Source: an uncultured Olsenella sp.
GTDB taxonomy: Bacteria > Actinomycetota > Coriobacteriia > Coriobacteriales > Atopobiaceae
Assembly (NCBI GenBank): GCA_949296375.1
Contig: CASFQX010000020.1
Coordinates: forward strand, 249-64,248
Reading direction: 5' to 3'
DNA length: 64,000 bases
Part shown: one piece after another, positions 55,321 to 64,000 of the stretch
Position numbering within the stretch: position 1 is the first letter of the stretch
How the letters are laid out: each line of letters starts with the position of its first letter
Translations under genes and position numbers: made by a program
The notes under the pieces: model-generated
Seen by the model: only the letters and a program-made list of their open reading frames with translations
Databases searched by the model: none
What the model was told of the DNA's origin: nothing

Positions 55321-55347
55321 ACGTCAAGTGCATACAGGAGGACAATC

Positions 55348-56856
55348 GTGAATAAGCAGGCATATGAGTCCGGAAAGCAGGCCTATCAGCAGGGTGACTG
55401 GCTTCGCGCTCTCACCCTCCTCGATGATGCAAAAGACTCCGGGGAGGCGGTTGGCGAGATCGACCACCTTCGTGGCAACGCCTATATGAAGCTCGGTCAG
55501 TTCGACCTCGCCGCGGCCGCATACGAGGGCGCGCTCTCCGATCCCGCCTACGGCAAGCGCGGGGCGCTTCAGTGCAACCTCGGCCGCGCCCTTCTTGCTG
55601 CCGGCCGTGCACAGGAGGCTGTTGGTGCGCTCACCGCTGCCGTCTCGGATTCCGGCTACGCCACGCCCTACAAGGCCTATCTCGCTCTCGGCAATGCGTA
55701 TGAGCAGGTTGGCGACGTTCGCAACGCCGGCATTGCCTACCGCAGCGCCGCCATCGATGAGTCCAACCCGGCTCCAGCCGTCGCGCTTACGAGCCTCGGC
55801 GGCTGCTTCATGAGGCTCAACCGCGCCGTCGACGCCGTCGAGGCCTACCGTACCGCCCTCGACTTCACCAACCCGCTCGAGGACCAGAACAAGATCTGGT
55901 GCGACCTCGCCCTCGCGTACGTTGCTGCCAACCGCATGAGCGAGGCGGTCGATGCGTTTGGCCACGCCACTGCGGACGGAACCTACACTCTGAGCCCCGA
56001 GGCCCAGGCTTCCTATGATGCAGCCCGTAGGGCCGTTGCCTCTATCGGCTCCAGGAAGCCCTCTGAGACCGACGCCTTCCTCGCCGCCGCTGGTTATGCC
56101 AGCTCCTATGACCCGCTCGATCCTACCGGTGCCTCCGGCGAGCTCATGCCCTCTCCCGAGGACACCGGCTTCTTCTCCGTCTCTGAGGAGGACCTCGTCA
56201 GGCAGGACAAGATCGAGCGCAAGGTGAGGCGCAAGCACCGTCACACCGGTCTCAAGATCTTCATCGTGATTCTCGTCCTGCTCGCCCTGCTCGTTGGCGG
56301 TGGCGTCTTTGCCTACGTTAAGGGCTACGGCTGGCCCACTCAGCAGAGCGTTGCCGAGCAGCTGTTTGACGCCAAGACCCAGGGTACGGACATCTCCGGC
56401 CTCTTTGCCGACGGCATCTCCGAGTCTCAGCTCCAGGAGTATTCCGACATGATTCTCTCTGGCGCCTCCGTGGAGGTCACCGGGATCGATCGCTCCATGA
56501 CCGAGTCCACGGTCACACTCACCGCAACCCTCGGTTCCGGGCTTGACCAGGATTACACGCTCATGATGGTCCGTGACGGTCTTGGCTGGAAGATCAGCGA
56601 CGTCGAGGCTGACTATCGCTCCACCGTCGACGACTCCAGCTCTCTCGATGAGAGCGAGTTCGACGACTCCGACGCGCTCGACGAGGAGACCACCGATCAG
56701 GATGTGTCTCCTCAGGGCGAGACTGATTCCAGCCAGGACGGTCTCGACGGCGACTCCGCCGACGCCTCGGTTAACGATTCCACCAATGCGGATGTCTCCG
56801 ACACCCCCGATCAAGGCTCCCAGGACACGACCCCCGCTGAGGGTACTAACGAGTAG
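55348..56856 (+). CDS. TPR-repeat single-pass membrane protein with acidic tail
   Basis: Repeated LG.AY....A..AY..AL helices, KVRRKHRH before the TM, D/S/E-rich C-terminus. Confidence 0.8.
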   Translation: MNKQAYESGKQAYQQGDWLRALTLLDDAKDSGEAVGEIDHLRGNAYMKLGQFDLAAAAYEGALSDPAYGKRGALQCNLGRALLAAGRAQEAVGALTAAVSDSGYATPYKAYLALGNAYEQVGDVRNAGIAYRSAAIDESNPAPAVALTSLGGCFMRLNRAVDAVEAYRTALDFTNPLEDQNKIWCDLALAYVAANRMSEAVDAFGHATADGTYTLSPEAQASYDAARRAVASIGSRKPSETDAFLAAAGYASSYDPLDPTGASGELMPSPEDTGFFSVSEEDLVRQDKIERKVRRKHRHTGLKIFIVILVLLALLVGGGVFAYVKGYGWPTQQSVAEQLFDAKTQGTDISGLFADGISESQLQEYSDMILSGASVEVTGIDRSMTESTVTLTATLGSGLDQDYTLMMVRDGLGWKISDVEADYRSTVDDSSSLDESEFDDSDALDEETTDQDVSPQGETDSSQDGLDGDSADASVNDSTNADVSDTPDQGSQDTTPAEGTNE

Positions 56857-56865
56857 GTGCACCGG

Positions 56866-57909
56866 ATGTCTATCTTTGACTCGCTGTTTGGGGAATACGG
56901 CGGCGACCTTGCCATCGATCTCGGTACCGCCAACACGCTCGTTGCCGTTCGTGGTCAGGGTATCGTCATCAACGAGCCCTCGGTCGTTGCCATCGACAAG
57001 AGCGAGAGTCGCGTCCTTGCCGTTGGCGCCGACGCAAAGCGAATGATTGGCCGCACCCCGGGCTCCATCATCGCCGAGCGCCCGCTCAAGGACGGTGTCA
57101 TCGCTGATTTTGACGTCACTGAGGTGATGCTGCGCTACTTCATCGAGAAGGCTCGCGCTCGTCGCTACCCTTGGTCCCCGCGGCCTCGTGTCGTCGTGTG
57201 CGTTCCCTCGGGCGTGACCTCTGTCGAGAAGCGCGCCGTCTTCGAGGCCACGATTCAGGCCGGAGCGCGTCAGGCGTACCTCATCGAGGAGCCCATGGCC
57301 GCTGCCATCGGTGCCGACCTCCCGATTGAGGATCCCACTGGCTCTATGGTCGTCGACATCGGTGGTGGCACCACCGAGGTTGCCGTCATCTCGATGGGCG
57401 GTATCGTTGTCTCCCAGTCCATCCGTACGGCTGGCGACGAGTTTGACCAGACGATCCTCCAGCACGTTCGCGACGCGTACAACCTCTCCATCGGTGAGCG
57501 CACCGCAGAGGACATCAAGATCAAGGTCGGCTCCGCCGCCCCTCTTGCGGAGGAGCTTGACGTTGAGGTGAACGGCAGGGACGTTATGAGCGGCCTCCCC
57601 AAGACGGTTCGCATCGAGAGCGAGGAGATTCGTCGCGCCCTCGATCGTCCGCTCGACGAGGTTACAAAGGCCGTCAAGGACGCCCTTGACGTTACCCCTC
57701 CAGACCTTGCGTCCGACCTCATGTACTATGGCATTCTCCTCACCGGTGGCGGCGGCCTCCTGCGCGGCCTCGACCACAGGCTCAGGGAGGAGACGGGCGT
57801 CCCCGTCAACGTGAGCCCCACGGCTCTCGAGAACGTGGTGAACGGTTGCGCCAAGGTGCTCGAGGCCAATGCCCTGTCCGGTGGCTACGTCCAGAGTACG
57901 GGGCAGTAG
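56866..57909 (+). CDS. mreB: Rod shape-determining protein MreB
   Basis: IDLGTANT, PLKDGVIADF, EEPMAAAIGA, DIGGGTT, LTGGG. Confidence 0.97.
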   Translation: MSIFDSLFGEYGGDLAIDLGTANTLVAVRGQGIVINEPSVVAIDKSESRVLAVGADAKRMIGRTPGSIIAERPLKDGVIADFDVTEVMLRYFIEKARARRYPWSPRPRVVVCVPSGVTSVEKRAVFEATIQAGARQAYLIEEPMAAAIGADLPIEDPTGSMVVDIGGGTTEVAVISMGGIVVSQSIRTAGDEFDQTILQHVRDAYNLSIGERTAEDIKIKVGSAAPLAEELDVEVNGRDVMSGLPKTVRIESEEIRRALDRPLDEVTKAVKDALDVTPPDLASDLMYYGILLTGGGGLLRGLDHRLREETGVPVNVSPTALENVVNGCAKVLEANALSGGYVQSTGQ

Positions 57910-57910
57910 G

Positions 57911-58879
57911 GTGCCTCTTACTCCCCGGGGCCGTCAGAATGCCCCGACCTTGGGAACATCGAGAAAGTCCAGCGGCGCGCGCAGGCTCATCGCCTGCGTC
58001 GTGGCTTCTCTCGTCCTGTTCACCTTGAGCTGTCAGTCTGGTGGCACGGGTCCGCTCGAGACTGTTCGCGGCTTCTTCCAGACCGCTACGATGCCGGTGA
58101 GGTACTTCGGCCTCGCAGTGACGGCTCCGATCAGGGGGCTTGGGAACATCTTCTCAAACCTTACCGCGGACCAGGCTACGCTCTCCGAGCTTCAGGAGGA
58201 GATCGACGCCCTCAGGGTCAGGAACTCCGAGCTCGAGGAGCAGGCCTCGTCCGCCGAGCGCCTTCAGAAGCTGCTCGACCTCAGGAACAGCTATGACCTC
58301 CAGTCCGTCACGGGGACCATCGTCTCCGGAGCGAGCGATTCCTGGAGCTCGACGGTCACCATCGACCGGGGCACGTCCTCGGGCGTCACCTCCGGCATGC
58401 CGGTAATGACCTCAGCAGGAGTCATCGGGCAGGTTGTCTCGAGCGGCCCCGGAAGCTCCACGGTCATGCTCCTCAGTGACGAGGGATCCTCGATCTCCGC
58501 CCTTGTGCAGTCGAGCAGGGCCCACGGCATGCTCACGGGTTCCGCAAACGGCGAGGTCAAGCTCGACCTCGTATCCTCCAACCAGGACGTGAAGGTTGGG
58601 GATGTGGTGGTCACGAGCGGCCTCGGCGGCGTCTTCCCTAAGGGTCTTCCCATCGGTGAGATCGTGAGCGTCACAAACAACCCCGGCGACCTCTATCTCG
58701 ACATCGTCGTCGAGCTCTATGCCGACACGAGCTTCTCTGAGGAGGTTCTCGTCATCACCTCTCTAACCGAGGAGCAGCGCGCAACAGCCGAGGACATCGC
58801 CGAGGCTGACTCCCAGGAGTCCTCATCGTCCTCGGATGCGACGGGTGCTGATGGCGGCACTGACGAGAGCGCGGAGTAG
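57911..58879 (+). CDS. mreC: Rod shape-determining protein MreC
   Basis: TM plus coiled coil, IDRG..GV..GMPV, TSGLGGVFPKGLPIG. Confidence 0.93.
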   Translation: MPLTPRGRQNAPTLGTSRKSSGARRLIACVVASLVLFTLSCQSGGTGPLETVRGFFQTATMPVRYFGLAVTAPIRGLGNIFSNLTADQATLSELQEEIDALRVRNSELEEQASSAERLQKLLDLRNSYDLQSVTGTIVSGASDSWSSTVTIDRGTSSGVTSGMPVMTSAGVIGQVVSSGPGSSTVMLLSDEGSSISALVQSSRAHGMLTGSANGEVKLDLVSSNQDVKVGDVVVTSGLGGVFPKGLPIGEIVSVTNNPGDLYLDIVVELYADTSFSEEVLVITSLTEEQRATAEDIAEADSQESSSSSDATGADGGTDESAE

Positions 58880-58889
58880 GGGGACAGGC

Positions 58890-59444
58890 ATGCTGGTTGC
58901 TGACAAGAACAGGATGGTTCGCACGATCGTAGTCCTCGCGATCGTCTGCTTTGTCTTGCAGATCGCCCTTGCCCCGAACATCGCCCTTGGCAACGGCCAC
59001 GCCAACTTTGCGGTGATCTTCGTTATGTGCTCCACCACGTTTCTCAGTCCCGGGTCGTCTGCGGTTGCGGGCTTTGTCTCGGGCCTTCTCTTTGACCTCT
59101 CCTCCACGGCTCCCATTGGCCTCATGGCCTTCTGCCTTTCCGTCGCCGGGTACGCCCTGTCCTTTGAGAGCAGGGAGAGGGTTCCTGGTGAGTTTGGCGC
59201 CCTGCTGATTCGTGGGGGCATTGCCTCACTTGGTGTCTCTTTGGCGTATCACCTTGCCATGCTTCTCGTCGGACAGGGCGGGTCCTTCTTTGACGTCATC
59301 TTCCTGAGGACGCTCCCTACGGCGCTTCTCACCTTCCTCTTCCTTCTGCCCTTCCTCTTCTTTTTCTCTCGAATGAGGTCCTCTGGTCCCAGCCTGGGCT
59401 CTGGCATGGGCGGGGGAGGCCATCTCTCGAGAAGGGGGCTCTAG
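58890..59444 (+). CDS. mreD: Rod shape-determining protein MreD
   Basis: Hydrophobic, GFVSGLLFDL..IGL; located between mreC and mrdA. Confidence 0.85.
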   Translation: MLVADKNRMVRTIVVLAIVCFVLQIALAPNIALGNGHANFAVIFVMCSTTFLSPGSSAVAGFVSGLLFDLSSTAPIGLMAFCLSVAGYALSFESRERVPGEFGALLIRGGIASLGVSLAYHLAMLLVGQGGSFFDVIFLRTLPTALLTFLFLLPFLFFFSRMRSSGPSLGSGMGGGGHLSRRGL

Positions 59445-59450
59445 GGCTCC

Positions 59451-61493
59451 ATGGACTTCTCGCTCCTGATAGTTGTCATATGCCTCGTCCTTGCCGTTGC
59501 GCTCGTCGTGATCTATCTCGTCTTTGGTAGGTCCGAGGGCAACTTCACCATGGACATCGGCGGCGCGGCGCCCAAGGCGGCCGGCGGATCGGACTCCTCT
59601 TCCGAGAAGACCACGTCCTCTCGCCTTATCGGTCTGCTCGTTGGTGTTGGCGCTGTGTTTGGCGTTCTCGTTGCACGCCTGTGGTCCATGCAGCTCGTGT
59701 CTACCGAGGAGTATGCCGAGCAGGCCGAGAGAAACCGTAGGAGCACGATATACACCCAGGCCCCGCGTGGCCGCATCCTCGATAGGAACGGTCGTGAGAT
59801 CGTGTCCAACCGTGCGAGTCTGACCGTGGTCGCCGAGGGGGCTGTGGTTGACGACCAGATTGAGGTCCAGCTTCTCGGCAACCTCATCGGAATGCCCGCC
59901 CAGGCCGTCAGGAGGAGGATTCAGGATACAACGGAGGGGTATCAGAACTCGCGCATGGTATCCGTCGATGTGTCTCGTCGCGTCGTCGCGTTCATAGGCG
60001 AGCACCCTGACGTCTTTCCCGGGGTGAGCGTGCAGGAGAGGACGCAGCGCTCCTACCCGCACGGTTCTCTAGCGGCTCACGTCGTTGGCTACGTTGGCAC
60101 CGTCACCCAGGAGCAGCTGGAGGGTAGCGAGACGGCCGAGGACGGGTCTCCCGAGTACCGCTCCGGTGACATCGTGGGCCAGTCGGGCGTGGAGCTGAGC
60201 TACGAGAGCGTGCTCGCTGGCGTCAGGGGCGAGCAGACCGTGTTCGTCGACGCTCATGGAGAGGTGCTCGGCTACTCTACGAACATCGAACCCGTTCCAG
60301 GTTCAGACGTCGTCCTCACGATTGACGTTGACATCCAGAAGGCCGCCGAGGAGTCGCTTGCCAAGATCGTGAGACAGAGGCAGTCTGCCGGTGCGGACTG
60401 CCCTGGCGGCAGCGTTGTGGCCCTTGACTGCACCAACGGCGAGATCCTTGCGATGGCGAGCTACCCGACCTTCTCGCCAAACGTCTTCACGGGCGGCATC
60501 GCCCAGTCCGACTGGGACCTCCTCTCCGCCGAGAGCTCGCACTACCCGCTCCTCAACCGAGCCATCTCCGGTCAGTACCCGGCTGGCTCCGTCATCAAGC
60601 CCCTGACCTCTTTCGCGGCGCTCAACTACGGAATCGCGACGCCCGAGTCCTCGTGGTACTGCTCCGGATGGTGGTCCTGGTCGGGCAACGCGCAGGGAGA
60701 CACGATCATGAAGTGCTGGCAGGAGTCTGGTCACGGGGCGGTGAGCCTCACCTCCGGCATCACCTACTCCTGCGACGTCGTCTTCTATGAGATCGGCAAG
60801 GGCTTCTACAATTCCGATAACCCCGAGGGCATGCAGGAGACCTTCAGGGCCTATGGACTTGGGAATAAGACGGGCGTCGACCTCAACGGCGAGGAGGCGG
60901 GCATCATCCCGAACGCCAACTGGAAGCGCGAGCACTACAAGGCCCTTGGGTATTCCGACGAGGACAGCACCTGGAGAGGCGGAGACAACTGCAACATCTC
61001 GATCGGTCAGGGAGACATCCAGGTCACCTGTCTTCAGATGGCGCAGGCGTACTGCAGCATCGCGAATCGCGGGTCGGCATGGAGGCCGCATGTCCTCAAG
61101 GGCGTGCGTGCAAAGGTCGGGGAGTCCTTCGTGAGCGAGTATCGTCCGGAGGAGGTCTTCTCCGTCGAGGAGCAGGACAGCTACAGGGAGCTTGTCGAAC
61201 GCGGAATGTGGGGCGTGACCTACGAGGAGTCCGAGTCCCAGGCGTCTCACTGGACCAACATGAGCGTCTCCGTCTCCTCCAAGACGGGTACGGGCGAGCA
61301 GATCGGGGCGGGCAGGAACATCTGCTGGTTTGGCTGCTTCGCTCCTTCTGAGAACCCCAAGTACGTCGTCTTTGCTAACGTCGACGGCGGCGACTGGGGC
61401 GCCTCGACCGCCATGCTCGTTGCCCGAGACACCCTCGGGGCTATCTATGGCGAGCCGGACACGTCGGATGCAGTTACCGCGGCGGGAGACTAG
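59451..61493 (+). CDS. mrdA: Class B penicillin-binding protein 2
   Basis: APRGRILDRNG, RSYP, GQSGVE, SVIK, SCD, KTG. Confidence 0.93.
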   Translation: MDFSLLIVVICLVLAVALVVIYLVFGRSEGNFTMDIGGAAPKAAGGSDSSSEKTTSSRLIGLLVGVGAVFGVLVARLWSMQLVSTEEYAEQAERNRRSTIYTQAPRGRILDRNGREIVSNRASLTVVAEGAVVDDQIEVQLLGNLIGMPAQAVRRRIQDTTEGYQNSRMVSVDVSRRVVAFIGEHPDVFPGVSVQERTQRSYPHGSLAAHVVGYVGTVTQEQLEGSETAEDGSPEYRSGDIVGQSGVELSYESVLAGVRGEQTVFVDAHGEVLGYSTNIEPVPGSDVVLTIDVDIQKAAEESLAKIVRQRQSAGADCPGGSVVALDCTNGEILAMASYPTFSPNVFTGGIAQSDWDLLSAESSHYPLLNRAISGQYPAGSVIKPLTSFAALNYGIATPESSWYCSGWWSWSGNAQGDTIMKCWQESGHGAVSLTSGITYSCDVVFYEIGKGFYNSDNPEGMQETFRAYGLGNKTGVDLNGEEAGIIPNANWKREHYKALGYSDEDSTWRGGDNCNISIGQGDIQVTCLQMAQAYCSIANRGSAWRPHVLKGVRAKVGESFVSEYRPEEVFSVEEQDSYRELVERGMWGVTYEESESQASHWTNMSVSVSSKTGTGEQIGAGRNICWFGCFAPSENPKYVVFANVDGGDWGASTAMLVARDTLGAIYGEPDTSDAVTAAGD

Positions 61494-61502
61494 GGAGGCG
61501 AG

Positions 61503-62699
61503 ATGGCTCGAGAGATGAAAGAGACGCTGACCCTCGGGACAAAGGGCTCGGCACGTCGTGCTGGGCCGTCCTCCCGCTCCTCGCGCATGGCGGGCCCGCT
61601 CTCCAACCTCTATCTGTCCCAGCTCATCCCCGCGCTCCTGCTCGTGGTCATCGGGGTCATCACCATCTGGTCCGCGTCCATCTCCATTCCCGAGGCAAAC
61701 TTCGTGAGCCATCTTGCGGGAATCGCGATAGGCCTTGCCGCTGCCGTCGTCGTGTGGCGCTACGACACGAGGGCACTTTCCAGCATGACAACCACCCTGT
61801 TCGTGCTCGCTTGCGTTCTCATGGTGCTGCCGAGGATCCCTGGCCTGGGATACGAGGTAAACGGAATGATGGGCTGGGTGAGACTCGGCCCCGTGAGGTT
61901 CCAGCCCTCTGAGCCGTCTAAGATCGTCGTCATCTTCCTCATGGCTTCAGCTGCAGCCCAGTACAACGGGAAGATCGAGACCTTCAGGGACTATGCGCGC
62001 CTCTGCGGGACCCTACTCGTCCCACTTTTGCTCATCATGACGCTCGATCTTGGTACGGGCCTCGTGATCTTTTTCATCGGCGCCACCATCATCATCGTGA
62101 GCGGCGCGCCAAGGACGTGGGTGCTTCTCACAATCGCGCTCATCGTTGGAACTGCTGCGCTTGTTGTCGTTACGTCGATGATCGACGGTTTGCCCCACAT
62201 CCTGAAGGAGTACCAGCTCAAGCGCCTCACTGTCTTCATCGATCCGAGCGTCGACCCCACCGGAGACGGATATAACCTTCAGCAGGCAATGATCGCCGTC
62301 GGCTCTGGCGGCTTCTTCGGAAAGGGCTTCGGAAACGCAACGCAGGCCCTCAACGGCTTTGTCCCCGAGGCTCAGACCGACTTCGTCTTCTCTCTCTTCG
62401 CCGAGCAGTTCGGGTTTGTTGGCTCGCTGGTGCTCCTCTCCCTGTTCACGTGGATGATCGTCTCCACGGTCCTTCTCGCAATGAGGACGGATTCGATGTA
62501 CATGCGGCTCGTGCTCGTTGGGTGCGTCGGCATGTGGACGTTCCAGGTCTTGGAGAACGTGGGCATGTGCCTCGGCATCATGCCCATCACGGGAATCCCG
62601 CTGCCCTTCGTGAGCTATGGCTCGTCCTCGATGGTAGTGCAGCTCGTGTCCGTGGGTATAGTGCAGAGCGTGTGGAGGCATCGTCAGAAGGCGGCATGA
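61503..62699 (+). CDS. rodA: SEDS glycosyltransferase RodA
   Basis: FQPSE, DLGT, GYNLQQAMIAVGSGG, PEAQTDF, PITGIPLPFVSYG. Confidence 0.92.
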   Translation: MAREMKETLTLGTKGSARRAGPSSRSSRMAGPLSNLYLSQLIPALLLVVIGVITIWSASISIPEANFVSHLAGIAIGLAAAVVVWRYDTRALSSMTTTLFVLACVLMVLPRIPGLGYEVNGMMGWVRLGPVRFQPSEPSKIVVIFLMASAAAQYNGKIETFRDYARLCGTLLVPLLLIMTLDLGTGLVIFFIGATIIIVSGAPRTWVLLTIALIVGTAALVVVTSMIDGLPHILKEYQLKRLTVFIDPSVDPTGDGYNLQQAMIAVGSGGFFGKGFGNATQALNGFVPEAQTDFVFSLFAEQFGFVGSLVLLSLFTWMIVSTVLLAMRTDSMYMRLVLVGCVGMWTFQVLENVGMCLGIMPITGIPLPFVSYGSSSMVVQLVSVGIVQSVWRHRQKAA

Positions 62700-62726
62700 C
62701 GTCTTCGTGTTCTGATGGGGGACACC

Positions 62727-63668
62727 ATGTCCGGTAGATCGTGGTCAGTTGGAAGAACTGCCGAGGTCGCGGGCTTTGCTCGCGCCGCGGCTCGCAGACG
62801 CGACGAGGCCCTGCGCCTGCTCGTGCTCGTGGACGGAACATGCCCGCGATGGGTTATCGACGCGACGAAGGGAGCCCTGCTTCCTGAGAGGCCGAATGCC
62901 GAGGTGGTCGTTAGCGACCTTCGTCAGCCGCTGCGGGATCCCGGTGAGGCCGATGCGGCGATTCTGCTGGTGAGCGAGAGCTCGCCTGCCGAGGTGGCCC
63001 TGTCCCTTGCGAGAAGGGGCATGCCGGTGGCGCTCGTTGCCGAGGATGCCCTAGATGCGCCCTTGTTCCCCGGTGAAGAGCCGGCGCTCGGGTTGGTCTC
63101 GGTCGTCGCTGGTTCGAGTGGGGATGCCCTTCTCGACAAGCTGGCACTTTGGCTCTGCTCTGTCACGGATAAGCAGATCGCACTCGGTGCGTGCTTCGCG
63201 TTCTGCAGACGCGCTGTTACCGATGGCCTCGTGAGGCGCTGCGCCCTCCAGAACGCTGGAGTCGGGGCCGTCCCCCTGATTGCGGGGTCCGACTTTCCCG
63301 TGATGACCGTCAATCAGATGAGGCTCGCCCTCGATGTCTCCGCCGTGTACGGCCAGGGGCTTGAGCCCATGCGAGTTGCCGAGCTTCTTGGCGTTCTGGG
63401 GGGCGCGCTCGCCTGGAGGGCCTTCGCGCGTCGAATCCTCTCCGCGGTCCCTGCCTTGGGGCTCGTCGCTCGGGCTGGCGTGGCCTTTGGGGGAACCATG
63501 CTCACGGGAGAGCTGCTCAAGCTACGCTTTGATGCCCCTGATGTGCCGCGACCCTCCAAATCCCGTGAGAAGGGCTCCCGCGCCGCCGCCACGTGCCTGT
63601 CCCTGGCATCGGCCGGCGCGGCGGATGCGGGCAACACTGGATATGTGACCATCGGGGAGGCATCATGA
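62727..63668 (+). CDS. Hypothetical protein with DUF697-like C-terminal domain
   Basis: VGAVPLIAGSDFPVMTVNQMRLALDVSAVYG; overlaps the next start codon. Confidence 0.6.
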   Translation: MSGRSWSVGRTAEVAGFARAAARRRDEALRLLVLVDGTCPRWVIDATKGALLPERPNAEVVVSDLRQPLRDPGEADAAILLVSESSPAEVALSLARRGMPVALVAEDALDAPLFPGEEPALGLVSVVAGSSGDALLDKLALWLCSVTDKQIALGACFAFCRRAVTDGLVRRCALQNAGVGAVPLIAGSDFPVMTVNQMRLALDVSAVYGQGLEPMRVAELLGVLGGALAWRAFARRILSAVPALGLVARAGVAFGGTMLTGELLKLRFDAPDVPRPSKSREKGSRAAATCLSLASAGAADAGNTGYVTIGEAS

Positions 63669-64000
63669 GGGTCCCGAGGGAGAATCTCTTTGATCGTCTT
63701 GAGCCCCTGCTCGCCGACGTTGAGCATCCCGCACGCTATCTCGACCATGAGTGGGGCGCGTGCGAGGAGCAGGACGGTCCGTTCCATCTCTGCATGGTCT
63801 ACGCCGATGTCTACGAGGTCGGACAGCCCAACCTTGGCGTTGCCATCCTCTACAACACGATCAACGATCAGCCGGGTATGAGCTGCGAGCGCTGCTTCCT
63901 GCCGTGGAAGGACCTCTCGGCAAAGATGCGCGATGTCGGGCTGCCGCTTCTCTCTCTTGAAGGCGCGGCGCCCCTCGCGTCGTTCGACGCCATCGGGTTC
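63665..64000 (+). CDS. TIGR03960-type radical SAM protein, N-terminal part (truncated by window end)
   Basis: Own translation: VEHPARY..HEWG, YADVYEVGQPNLG..ILY, ER.FLPW.D, LLSLE..PLASFDAIGF; usual neighbour of rodA. Confidence 0.85.
   Translation, partial: MRVPRENLFDRLEPLLADVEHPARYLDHEWGACEEQDGPFHLCMVYADVYEVGQPNLGVAILYNTINDQPGMSCERCFLPWKDLSAKMRDVGLPLLSLEGAAPLASFDAIGF

Noticed and set aside
55324-57777. Long antisense ORF (817 aa) and similar ones at 50883-52952, 27762-29468, 11849-13354, 19609-20760, 22420-23673
   Set aside because: Shadow frames of well-supported genes, expected in high-GC DNA; no recognisable motifs

Overview
GC-rich chromosomal window, most consistent with a Coriobacteriia member (Atopobiaceae/Olsenella-like; inferred from gene content and style). 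It is mostly housekeeping: the end of adhE plus a kinase, folA/thyA, rnd-xseAB-hit-ackA, a GluABCD-like ABC importer with a C26 hydrolase, pckA, pta, glf, ppk1, argF, trpS, a complete aromatic amino acid cluster, tRNA-Arg(CCG), a P-type ATPase, acnA and the mreBCD-mrdA-rodA cluster. Two things stand out. (1) A lower-GC gene for an AbiEi-like/DUF559-like (PD-(D/E)XK) protein sits between aroB and aroA. It is flanked by two ~142-bp direct repeats built from a 12-bp motif phased every 19 bp, first forward and then inverted. A diverged gene-less copy lies between pckA and pta, and several other intergenic regions hold palindromic or phased motif arrays. Together these suggest a REPIN/RAYT-like or solo-repeat-leaving mobile system that has no recognisable transposase. 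(2) The type II dehydroquinase AroQ carries an N-terminal PTS EIIB domain with its phosphorylatable Cys intact. All counts and alignments were done by eye; no database searches were run.
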